32,000 nt of DNA from Nitrososphaerota archaeon (GTDB lineage: Archaea; Thermoproteota; Nitrososphaeria; Nitrososphaerales; Nitrosopumilaceae): assembly GCA_013287585.1 (NCBI GenBank), contig JABDDN010000004.1, forward strand, positions 25,046 to 57,045, given 5' to 3'. A program made the position numbers and the translations under genes. Under the pieces are notes generated by a model that was not told where the DNA came from, did no database searches, and saw only the letters and a list, made by a program, of their open reading frames with translations. Positions 24,162 through 32,000 of this stretch are shown in pieces. Numbering within the stretch: position 1 is the first letter of the stretch; each line of letters begins with the position of its first letter.

Positions 24162-25697
24162 GTGAAGAAGCCGCGACGAACAGACCCAAAACCTGATCTA
24201 TTTTCATACGGTTCTTTTAAATATAGTAGATCCATTTTTTTGGCTGTGAAAACCGATTATGATATCATTGTAGCTGGTGGAGGTCTCGCTGGAATGATTG
24301 CTGCACAGTCAGCTTCATTTTATTCTAAACAAAGATTATCAATTTTAGTATTGGATAGAAATCCAGAACCAGCATTAGGAAAAAAAACAATAAATGGCTG
24401 GATCTGCGGAGACGCAGTTGGTAAAAATACAGTAGACTTTATGACAGAAAGAATCAAGATTGCGTGGGGAAATCCAGAGATTGAGCATCCAGTTAAAGGA
24501 GTAATGGCATTTTCGCCAGACAGGCAAACGTCTATACCTTTTGACGGTGATGGATTTATGCTAAATAGACAAGAGCTTCCCCAACGTCAGCTTCGTGATG
24601 CAAAGAAGATGGGGGTAAACATACAGCATTCTGTTGCATTAAGGAATTTGTTATATGAAAACGGTTCAGTAATAGGAGTAGAAGGGACAGATCTTACAAC
24701 AAATCAACCTTACAAAAAAACCGCAAAAATTGTAATTGATGCAACTGGAGTTACATCTATGCTACGAAATGGACTTACAGTAAGTTCTAAGATTGAGAAA
24801 AAAATTGATCGTGATGATTTAGAATCTACCGGTAGACACATTATGAAATTTGAGTACGGAATAGAAGACAAAACAGATTTTGATTCTGATTATTGTATAA
24901 TACATCTTGACCAAGATATTGCACCTGGAGGATACGGCTGGGTCTTTCCAAAAGGTAAGAACAAAGTAAACATTGGTCTTGGAGTACAGCAAAAAGAACT
25001 TCTGAAACGAAATGAGAGATTGGGAAGAAAAGACGATGTTACCAAATTGATTAATGATTATGTAAAAATTAACAAGGCAATGAAAAACCCGTTATTATCT
25101 GATGATGCAAGTGACTCTCAGAATGCAACTGGAAACTGGCAGGTCTCTGTTAGAAGACAAAATGATTGTCTTGTTGCAAATGGATACATGTTAGTTGGCG
25201 ACTCTGCATGGATGCCAAAACCACTAGATGCCGGAGGAATAGGGCCTGCTATAGTTGCTGCAACTTTAATTGGCAAAAATGCCGTTGATTCCATAGAAGC
25301 AGGAGATGTAAGTGAGAAAGGATTATGGCAGTACAACATTGATTTCATTAATGAATACGGATACAAAACTGCAGGTCTTGAAATTTTCAGAAGATTATTA
25401 CAGACTTTGACAAATGAGCAGATTAACTATGGCATGAAACACTTTTTGTCCAATTTAGATGTAGAAGCAATAAGTAAAGGCGAGCATCCTGATTTTGGTA
25501 CAGTTAGTAAGCTTGGTATGATGATTCGTGGTGCTTTGAACAAAAAACTTGCTGATGGTCTTAGATTTACTGCACAACAAAATAAAAAATTAACCGAGCA
25601 TTATTATAATTTTCCAAAAACTCCTGATGGATATGATACGTGGCACAATACTTTGCATCATATTTTAGATGAATCATATGCTAAGCTTGGGAATTAA
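24162..25697 (+). CDS. FAD-dependent geranylgeranyl-reductase-family oxidoreductase
   Basis: 511 aa with a GTG start. It has the dinucleotide-binding DYDIIVAGGGLAGMIAA, a later GDSAWMPKPLDAGGIGPA (GD motif), and the ..PGGYGWVFPKG.. motif typical of GGR-family enzymes. Confidence 0.75.
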   Translation: MKKPRRTDPKPDLFSYGSFKYSRSIFLAVKTDYDIIVAGGGLAGMIAAQSASFYSKQRLSILVLDRNPEPALGKKTINGWICGDAVGKNTVDFMTERIKIAWGNPEIEHPVKGVMAFSPDRQTSIPFDGDGFMLNRQELPQRQLRDAKKMGVNIQHSVALRNLLYENGSVIGVEGTDLTTNQPYKKTAKIVIDATGVTSMLRNGLTVSSKIEKKIDRDDLESTGRHIMKFEYGIEDKTDFDSDYCIIHLDQDIAPGGYGWVFPKGKNKVNIGLGVQQKELLKRNERLGRKDDVTKLINDYVKINKAMKNPLLSDDASDSQNATGNWQVSVRRQNDCLVANGYMLVGDSAWMPKPLDAGGIGPAIVAATLIGKNAVDSIEAGDVSEKGLWQYNIDFINEYGYKTAGLEIFRRLLQTLTNEQINYGMKHFLSNLDVEAISKGEHPDFGTVSKLGMMIRGALNKKLADGLRFTAQQNKKLTEHYYNFPKTPDGYDTWHNTLHHILDESYAKLGN

Positions 25698-25743
25698 TTG
25701 GTTACATACAAGATTACTGTTTTAACTTTCACTAAACTCATCT

Positions 25744-26628
25744 TTGAAATTAGTTTGTTTGGTACGATTACACGTAGTATTAAACCAGAAACAAGGCAAT
25801 TTTAAATTAAGGTCTCATGTTTTCAATATTGTGCTAGCAGAATCATTGTATATAGATTGGAATAATTCCTTTGAAGTGTTAAACAAGGCATATGATGTTG
25901 GTCTGTTTGTTTTAATAATAGGACCAAAAGGCACTGGCAAAACTACCCTTGTTAGAGAATTTGCTGCAAAAATAAACAGAAAGCTTGAATCAGTTAACTT
26001 TAGTTTACGAACCCGTGAAAGTCACTTGGTAGGAGCAAAAACTCTAGAAAGTGGTGCAATTGGTTTTGAGGAAGGAATATTAGTGAAATCTATGAAGGAG
26101 GGCGATATTCTATATCTTGATGAAATTAACGCTGCTGAGGCAGATGTCTTACTTAGATTAGATGAAGCGTTAGATGACCGCAGACAGCTTGTCCTAAAGG
26201 AATCAGGTGGGGAGTTAATTCAAGCAAGTAAGGGATGGTTTGTCATAGCAACTATCAATCCATTAACACATGTCGGAACAAAAGAGTTGCCACCACAAAT
26301 TCTTAGTAGATTCCCTGTTAGAATAAGATTAGAATATCCACCAGAAGAGATCGAACTTCAAATTGTTAAAAAATATATTTCTGGTTCACATGACAAAGAA
26401 CTTTTACAAGCAATAAAACTTGCTAATATTTTAAGACAAGCTGCTTCCGTAGAAGAACTCTACTATTCCCCAAGCCTAAGAGAAACCATAGCTTTTGGAA
26501 AAATGCTTGATTCTGGCGTAAAACCAAGACATGCTGCAGAGATCATCTTTGCAAACATATACTCACAGTGGGGAAATGTTGAATATCAAAAAGTCAACGA
26601 CATCATTACATCCATGTTTGGTAATTAA
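25744..26628 (+). CDS. AAA+ ATPase, AAA_5 (MoxR/CbbQ/NorQ-like) family
   Basis: It has Walker A GPKGTGKT, Walker B ILYLDEIN, sensor region ATINP, and ..PPQILSRFPVRI... The ORF-track start is TTG. An in-frame GTG at 25831, preceded by TTTAAATT about 25 nt upstream, is a plausible leaderless start. Confidence 0.85.
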   Translation: MKLVCLVRLHVVLNQKQGNFKLRSHVFNIVLAESLYIDWNNSFEVLNKAYDVGLFVLIIGPKGTGKTTLVREFAAKINRKLESVNFSLRTRESHLVGAKTLESGAIGFEEGILVKSMKEGDILYLDEINAAEADVLLRLDEALDDRRQLVLKESGGELIQASKGWFVIATINPLTHVGTKELPPQILSRFPVRIRLEYPPEEIELQIVKKYISGSHDKELLQAIKLANILRQAASVEELYYSPSLRETIAFGKMLDSGVKPRHAAEIIFANIYSQWGNVEYQKVNDIITSMFGN

Positions 26629-28193
26629 TGCAATCTCTTCATCTCAGAAACGATACTCTACTTGAAATCGGTACATTTCTTGTTAGACGGTGGTCTGAGA
26701 AACAAAAAATAACCGTAGGCATTTCAGACCAACAAGAAATTCAGACCAAATTAAAAGAAAATAAAGTTGTCATGTTCCCTTTAGATCGTTTTTATGGTAT
26801 TGATTTTCAAAAATACAGACAATTTAGAACCGTTTTATGGTATGAAGCTATGAGGTTAAAACATAGCAGCAAAATCTTAAGTAATGATCACGCTTTTGGT
26901 TTTCTATTAAACACGTTAGAAACAAGAAGGATTGAAAGCATAGGCAGAAAGGAATGGCGCGGAATGGACGAAGAAATCATATTCAATTATGGTTTTGCTT
27001 GGCTTTACAGACCTTTATTGAATTCACTATATGGGAAATCAAGGATCGTTGAGGGTTTCTCTCAATATTTTTTGCTTGGCGACATAAAGGGTGAAGTTAC
27101 ACCAGGTTCATTTGAGAAAATTAAAAAAGCCGTAGAAGTTGCAAATGAGGCAGTAAAACAAGCTGTAAATAATAATTACAATACAGATTGGCTTGAAACA
27201 AAGGTTTCTGAAATAATAAAAATTTTAGAAATTGATCCACTTCTAACTATTCCAATATCAATTCCAAAAATCAGTTCTGGAATTGCAATATCAGACAGTG
27301 ATTTTATCAAAACCATAGGCAAGATAACCAAATTCCGTGAAAGTGATTTTGGAGAACTTGATCCAAAACGAATTACCGATGGAAAATCAGTGTTTGAAGA
27401 ATTCAAGGTTTTGTTACAAGAAACTAGAAAAAATGAGAACCGAGGTCTGAGCACTGAATCAATTGGAATTAGCATTCCTGCTTTAACAAATGTAGATGAA
27501 ACCAGAATATATGATGAAGATCTAATAAGTAATCTAAAAGCAAAATTCAAAGAATGGAAAACAGGTTGGAAAGAACAACATGTTATTGCTGGAGATGAAT
27601 TTGATGAAGAAACATACTTGGAAGGGCATAAACCCTTTCTTACAGATCAAAAGATTTCCATTAAAACAAAAATTGTTATTTTGTTAGATCATTCTTCAAG
27701 CATAACAAACGAAGAACTTCAATACAAAAAGGCTACTCTTGCTCTTTGTGAAGTACTTTCATTTTTAAAAATAAAATTTACTGTCTATGCTTTCAATACT
27801 GAACAAAAACAAGTAATTTGTTGGTTAGTGAAACCAGAGAACGCCAAATGGAATAACTTGGCTGCAAAAAGACTAGCCCAAATAAAAACAAATGGTGGAA
27901 CTCCATTGGCTGAAGTTTATTCAATAATGTTTCCTGGATTACGTTCAAAAAAACCAGATATCTTCCTCACCTTAACAGATGGCGAGCCATCTGATCCTGA
28001 TGCAGTTCGTTCTATGGTAACTTCCTTCAAACTGTTGGGTATAAGGATGGTAGCGATAGGAGTAGGTCCTGATACTACAGCTGCAACAATAATTGCAAAT
28101 AATTTAAAACGTTTAGGATATGAAAGTACGTTAGCAGTAAGCAGATTAAATGACATCCCAAATAGGGTCTTGAATGTTTTGGGAAGATCATAA
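26628..28193 (+). CDS. von Willebrand factor A (VWA) domain protein, CbbO/NorD/CobT-like partner of the AAA+ ATPase
   Basis: 521 aa. The C-terminal VWA domain (about 27660-28193) has a full MIDAS: D354-H-S-S-S (DxSxS), NGGTPL, and LTDGEPSD. The N-terminal 340 aa or so carry no motif I recognise. Its ATG overlaps the ATPase stop. Confidence 0.8.
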   Translation: MQSLHLRNDTLLEIGTFLVRRWSEKQKITVGISDQQEIQTKLKENKVVMFPLDRFYGIDFQKYRQFRTVLWYEAMRLKHSSKILSNDHAFGFLLNTLETRRIESIGRKEWRGMDEEIIFNYGFAWLYRPLLNSLYGKSRIVEGFSQYFLLGDIKGEVTPGSFEKIKKAVEVANEAVKQAVNNNYNTDWLETKVSEIIKILEIDPLLTIPISIPKISSGIAISDSDFIKTIGKITKFRESDFGELDPKRITDGKSVFEEFKVLLQETRKNENRGLSTESIGISIPALTNVDETRIYDEDLISNLKAKFKEWKTGWKEQHVIAGDEFDEETYLEGHKPFLTDQKISIKTKIVILLDHSSSITNEELQYKKATLALCEVLSFLKIKFTVYAFNTEQKQVICWLVKPENAKWNNLAAKRLAQIKTNGGTPLAEVYSIMFPGLRSKKPDIFLTLTDGEPSDPDAVRSMVTSFKLLGIRMVAIGVGPDTTAATIIANNLKRLGYESTLAVSRLNDIPNRVLNVLGRS

Positions 28194-28195
28194 GT

Positions 28196-28651
28196 ATGAA
28201 ATGTCTTTCAGTTTCACAACCTTATGCAGATCTCATCGTCAATGGCAAAAAAACAATTGAGCTTAGAACATGGAATACAAAATTTAGAGGCGAGTTTTTA
28301 GTTCATGCTCCATCTAAAATAAAAATTGATGTTTGTAAGAAGATGGGTATTGATGAAACAAAGCTTAGAACTGGAGTTATTTTAGGTAGAGTCGAAATTT
28401 TTGATGTGAAGAAATATAACTCAATTGCAGAACTCAAAAAGGATTACAAAGAACATTTTGGTTCGGAAGAATTCTTACGTCATAAATATGGATTTTTACT
28501 AAGAAACCCAAAAGAACTTCGTATGCCAATACCTTACAAAGGAAGTTTAGGGTTTTTTGATGTTAAATTAAAATCAACTATAAAAGAAAACGACATAAAA
28601 TTTGAATTATTTGATGAAGAATATAGATATCAGTGGATAGGAAGGCACTAA
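28196..28651 (+). CDS. ASCH (PUA-like) domain protein
   Basis: In this 151-aa ORF, MKCLSVSQPYADLIVNGKKTIELRTW....FLVHA matches the ASCH beta-barrel signature (..p.a..I..G.Kt.E.R......G). It starts 2 nt after the VWA gene's stop. Confidence 0.7.
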   Translation: MKCLSVSQPYADLIVNGKKTIELRTWNTKFRGEFLVHAPSKIKIDVCKKMGIDETKLRTGVILGRVEIFDVKKYNSIAELKKDYKEHFGSEEFLRHKYGFLLRNPKELRMPIPYKGSLGFFDVKLKSTIKENDIKFELFDEEYRYQWIGRH

Positions 28652-28696
28652 CAAGAATCCAAAAATTGTTATAAAACATTAAAAAAATAACAAATC

Positions 28697-29077
28697 ATGT
28701 TATGGTCTTACTTTTTCTATATTTGGGGGTGTATTCCAGAAATTACAAAAGATTGTCAAGACATGACAAATGCATCAAGTACATACCTTGGCATTGCAGG
28801 AGGTGCTGTAATAGGCGCCTTCGTGAGCTGGTGGATTTATAATCGACAAAAGAAAACTGCAGACATGCAGGATTCTGCATTAAATAGAATAAAAGAATTA
28901 GATGAAAGTCATGATAGAATTTTGAAGAAATTAGAGGGTTTTGATATTCGTCATGATGCTACTCTTAATACCATAACCGAATTAAGCAAAAAGATCGATA
29001 CGCTTGTTGAAAAACAAGAAAAATCAGAGAGTTCTGTAAAATCAGATTCATCTAAAATTACCAAGGATTTTAAATAA
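28697..29077 (+). CDS. Hypothetical single-pass membrane protein with a coiled-coil tail
   Basis: 126-aa ORF. The internal ATG at 28763 (MTNASSTYLGIAGGAVIGAFVSWWIY..) is a likelier start. The C-terminal half is helical and charged. Confidence 0.5.
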   Translation: MLWSYFFYIWGCIPEITKDCQDMTNASSTYLGIAGGAVIGAFVSWWIYNRQKKTADMQDSALNRIKELDESHDRILKKLEGFDIRHDATLNTITELSKKIDTLVEKQEKSESSVKSDSSKITKDFK

Positions 29078-29150
29078 ATGTAATTTTGAACATCAGATAT
29101 TAAAAATCAAATCAACTTATGTCATTATAGAAATTGTTTATTTGTAGAGT

Positions 29151-29816
29151 TTAAATTCTGATACTTGGATTTTCTTTCTTAAGTTTTTCCCAGTCAGCTA
29201 AAAAGTTCTTTAGGCCAACATCAGTTAGTGGATGTTTAAGCATCTTTCCAAGTACATCCGGCGGTAGGGTCACAACATCAGCCCCAATCTTTGCAGCGTC
29301 AACTACATGCATTGGGTGCCTAATACTTGCAACCAAAATTTGTGTATTAAATTTGTAATTTTGGAATACTTCGTGTATCTCTTTTATCAAATGCATACCA
29401 TCTTGTCCATTATCATCTAGTCTTCCTATAAACGGGCTAACATATTTTGCTCCTGCTTTTGCAGCTAATATCGCTTGATTTACTGAAAATACCAATGTCA
29501 CATTAACTGGTATTCCTTCGTTGGTTAAGATCCTACAAGCCTTTAGACCCTCAGGAGTCATTGGGCATTTAACAACTACATTGTTTCCATATTTTCGGAG
29601 TCTATGTCCTTCATCAATCATGCCCAAAGTTTCTGTACTTACAACTTCTAAGCTTACGTCTCCTTTGATTATTCTTACAATTTCTTCCATTGTTTTTTGT
29701 GGATCACCGCCTTCTTTTGCTAAAAGTGAAGGGTTTGTAGTAATGCCATCAACAAGGCCCATTTCATTGTACATTTTTATTGCAACAAGATTTGCAGTGT
29801 CAAGGAATATCTTCAT
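29151..29816 (-). CDS. tal: Transaldolase (short Tal/Fsa type)
   Basis: 221 aa: MKIFLDTANL....GITTNPSLL.. with catalytic Lys context (VVVKCPMT) and ..YVSPFIGRLDD.., typical of subfamily 3B transaldolases. Confidence 0.9.
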   Translation of the reverse strand: MKIFLDTANLVAIKMYNEMGLVDGITTNPSLLAKEGGDPQKTMEEIVRIIKGDVSLEVVSTETLGMIDEGHRLRKYGNNVVVKCPMTPEGLKACRILTNEGIPVNVTLVFSVNQAILAAKAGAKYVSPFIGRLDDNGQDGMHLIKEIHEVFQNYKFNTQILVASIRHPMHVVDAAKIGADVVTLPPDVLGKMLKHPLTDVGLKNFLADWEKLKKENPSIRI

Positions 29817-30781
29817 CTGGTTTTACTCCTGATATCTTTCACCGAATTAGCTATATTAATTGATGTAATACCATGTTTTTGTAGTAATAGTGGAACTTCG
29901 TTATCTCGTGCTGATTCACCAAATTTATCCTGAACTCCAATTCGTCTCATCGGTACAGGATATGTTTCAGTAACTACCTCTGATACAGCTGAACCAAATC
30001 CAGCAAGTATATTATGTTCTTCACAGGTTACAATTCCTCCAGTCTCACGTGCGGCCTTTTCTATTAGTGATGAATCAATTGGTTTGATTGAGAACATATC
30101 CAAAACTCTACATGAGATACCCTCTTGTTTAAGAGAGTCTGCAGCATCCAATGCCATTTGAACCGTAATTCCACACGCTGCAATAGTACAATCAGAACCA
30201 TCTCGCAATACAATTCCTTTTCCAATTTCAAATTCCTGTGATTCTGAGTGTATAAGTGGAGTCTTTGATCTTGTCATCCTCATATAAAATGGACCGTGAA
30301 TTTGCGAGATGATCCAAGTCAATTTAGAAACTGCCACAGTGTCAGCAGGAATCAAAACGTTGACATTTGGAATTACTCTCATAATTGCTATATCTTCAAT
30401 TTGTTGATGTGAACCTCCATCAGCTCCGACACTTAGACCACCATGCGAAACTACCATTTTCACATTTAGTCCTTTTTTGCCATTTCGTGACGGATATGCT
30501 ATTGCATTTCGTATTTGATCTACACAACGACCAGGCAAAAATATTGCATATGTACTAGCAAACGGAACTTTCCCTTCATTTGCTAGACCAGCTGCAATAG
30601 AAACCAGATTCGCTTCTGCTATACCTACATTAAAAAACCTATTTGGAAATTTTTTTCCAAAAGGTTTTGTTTTTAATGAATCAGTAGTATCGGCACCTAC
30701 TACCACCACGTTAGAATTTTCTTCCCCAACTTTGATAAGAGTTTCACCATATACAGTACGCATATCGGTCATTTCAGTCAT
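29813..30781 (-). CDS. Transketolase, C-terminal subunit (pyrimidine-binding + C-terminal domains)
   Basis: 322 aa: ..RTVYGETLIKVGEEN..VVVGADTTDS..FFNVGIAEANLVSIAAGLA.. and ..SHGGLSVGADGGSHQQIEDIAIMR.., as in split archaeal transketolases. ATGA overlaps link it to both neighbouring genes. Confidence 0.9.
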   Translation of the reverse strand: MTEMTDMRTVYGETLIKVGEENSNVVVVGADTTDSLKTKPFGKKFPNRFFNVGIAEANLVSIAAGLANEGKVPFASTYAIFLPGRCVDQIRNAIAYPSRNGKKGLNVKMVVSHGGLSVGADGGSHQQIEDIAIMRVIPNVNVLIPADTVAVSKLTWIISQIHGPFYMRMTRSKTPLIHSESQEFEIGKGIVLRDGSDCTIAACGITVQMALDAADSLKQEGISCRVLDMFSIKPIDSSLIEKAARETGGIVTCEEHNILAGFGSAVSEVVTETYPVPMRRIGVQDKFGESARDNEVPLLLQKHGITSINIANSVKDIRSKTR

Positions 30782-32000
30782 ACAAAGCCAGCCTCCTTTG
30801 CGATTTGTAATAGCTCTGATTTTTTCTTACCTACTTCGTGTAAATCTATCCATTTGTTTACGAGTTCTGTACCGCCAAGACTATGTGCCTTTTGTATCAA
30901 GAGTTTTCTTCGTCCATGTAATATTTTTTTCCTAAATTCAGATATGGTAGATCTAACATCTTTTTGGCCAATTATGGCACTTCCACCTACAAAGACTCGT
31001 GCTCCATCTAAAAAGCAAGATTCCACGTTTGAAAGATCAACACCGCCATCAGCCTCTATAAATCCTGAAAAATTCTGTTTTGTTAGTAATTTGACTATCC
31101 TATGAGTTTTCTCGTGAGAGGATTCGATGTATTTTTGACCTGATTTTCCAGGAATTACCGACATAAGTATGAGTTGATCTAGGTCAGAGATGAATTTATC
31201 AGTCCATTGTGGAAGTTCAGTATCTGGGTTTATTGCAAGTCCAACGCTGACTTCGTTTGTTCGTAAGATATCATGAATCTCACCAAAACTTGATTCGTCA
31301 CATACTTCAGCATGTACAGTGATAATGTCACTTCCAGCTTCAACATAATCTCTAACATGTTTTACTGGATCAGTTATCATCAAATGTGAATCAAACGGTA
31401 TTGAAGTAATTGGTCTTAGTTCTTTTATTTTATTATGATCAAAAGTCTTGTTTGGAACAAACAATCCATCCATCACATCAAGATGAATAAAATCAGCACG
31501 TCCTTGAGCTGCTCGTTTTACTTCGTTTCCTAGATTTGTCATATCACCCGCAATTATTGATGGAGCAATGAGAAACTGACAATCAAGTTCAAGATCAATT
31601 ATAGGTGCAATTTTTGGATTTGGTGCAACCCCATGCCATTTAGGATTGTCTTCCATGTGTTCAACACCTTTTCCTTTGATAGTACGAGCTACAACTATTG
31701 ATGGCGTTCCTTTGGTTTGTTGAACAGATCTAATTGCTTTGATTATTTGTTCAATTCTATGACCATCTATTTCTAAAACATTCCATCCAAAAGATCTCCA
31801 TTTGTCTCCTGTTTTCCATCTTGCGGCATTTTTCCACATCTCTGAAATGTCATCACCTGTCAGCTCTTCATCAAGTGGCATTACTCTTTCAGTATAATCA
31901 TCTTGTTGTATGAAATTTCTATCTAAAAACGCTGTAAGATTATCAAGTTTGTATTTAGATGCAGTCATGGCAGCTTCCCAAACTTGTCCCTCATCTGATT
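30778..32000 (-). CDS. Transketolase N-terminal subunit (partial, continues past the window edge) with an embedded ribulose-phosphate 3-epimerase domain
   Basis: The reading frame stays open upstream of the ORF-track Met (..SDEGQVWEAAMTASKYKLDNL.. is internal transketolase sequence). After ..KGKGVEHMEDNPKWHGVAP, a complete Rpe domain follows (LIAPSIIAGDM..HLDVMDGLFVPN..DSHLM..LMSVIPGKSGQ..EADGGV..VGGSAI; about 30919-31575). A 46-aa tail comes after it. Confidence 0.85.
   Translation of the reverse strand, partial: SDEGQVWEAAMTASKYKLDNLTAFLDRNFIQQDDYTERVMPLDEELTGDDISEMWKNAARWKTGDKWRSFGWNVLEIDGHRIEQIIKAIRSVQQTKGTPSIVVARTIKGKGVEHMEDNPKWHGVAPNPKIAPIIDLELDCQFLIAPSIIAGDMTNLGNEVKRAAQGRADFIHLDVMDGLFVPNKTFDHNKIKELRPITSIPFDSHLMITDPVKHVRDYVEAGSDIITVHAEVCDESSFGEIHDILRTNEVSVGLAINPDTELPQWTDKFISDLDQLILMSVIPGKSGQKYIESSHEKTHRIVKLLTKQNFSGFIEADGGVDLSNVESCFLDGARVFVGGSAIIGQKDVRSTISEFRKKILHGRRKLLIQKAHSLGGTELVNKWIDLHEVGKKKSELLQIAKEAGFV

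Noticed and set aside
24124-24196. C/D-box sRNA-like elements (ATGATGT ... CTGA ... GTGAAGA ... CTGA) upstream of and overlapping the geranylgeranyl-reductase-family gene start.
   Set aside because: The box sequences are imperfect. The box-to-box spacers (about 18 and 24 nt) do not fit the roughly 12-nt guide spacing of archaeal C/D sRNAs. The element would also overlap the CDS start.

Overview
This AT-rich window looks like a marine ammonia-oxidising archaeon of the Nitrosopumilus type (Nitrososphaerota/Thaumarchaeota). The call rests on the ammonia monooxygenase locus in the order amoA-amoX-amoC with amoB inverted (8.0-10.7 kb), an Amt ammonium transporter and a P-II protein. Other content: a class III PHA synthase pair (phaEC); two tRNAs, one of them intron-bearing; a PAS histidine kinase; a Dam methylase next to an AbiTii-like gene; and a translation/information-processing block (uS15, RecJ/Cdc45-like DHH protein, Pcc1-like, SerRS, eS1, UPF0201, mini Pop5-like). 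The rest is a geranylgeranyl-reductase-family flavoprotein, an AAA+(AAA_5)/VWA/ASCH operon, and a non-oxidative pentose-phosphate operon (transketolase N subunit carrying an embedded Rpe domain, transketolase C subunit, transaldolase). Genes are tightly packed, many stop/start codons overlap, TTG/GTG starts are frequent, and TATA-like boxes about 25 nt upstream of starts suggest leaderless mRNAs. No CRISPR array, rRNA, integrase or transposase was seen. Leads worth following: (1) a perfect 74-bp direct repeat copies the amt promoter and first codons onto a Cas4-like gene and brackets a 3.4-kb block of unknown genes that separates amt from P-II; (2) the Dam + AbiTii-like pair sits directly beside amoA; (3) the CbbQ/NorQ-like AAA+ + VWA + ASCH operon has no obvious client enzyme; (4) small membrane ORFs around amoB could be extra AMO subunits; (5) a tandem 13-mer lies in the amoC/amoB divergent promoter. 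All functional calls come from reading motifs by eye and recalling known families. No database search was run.
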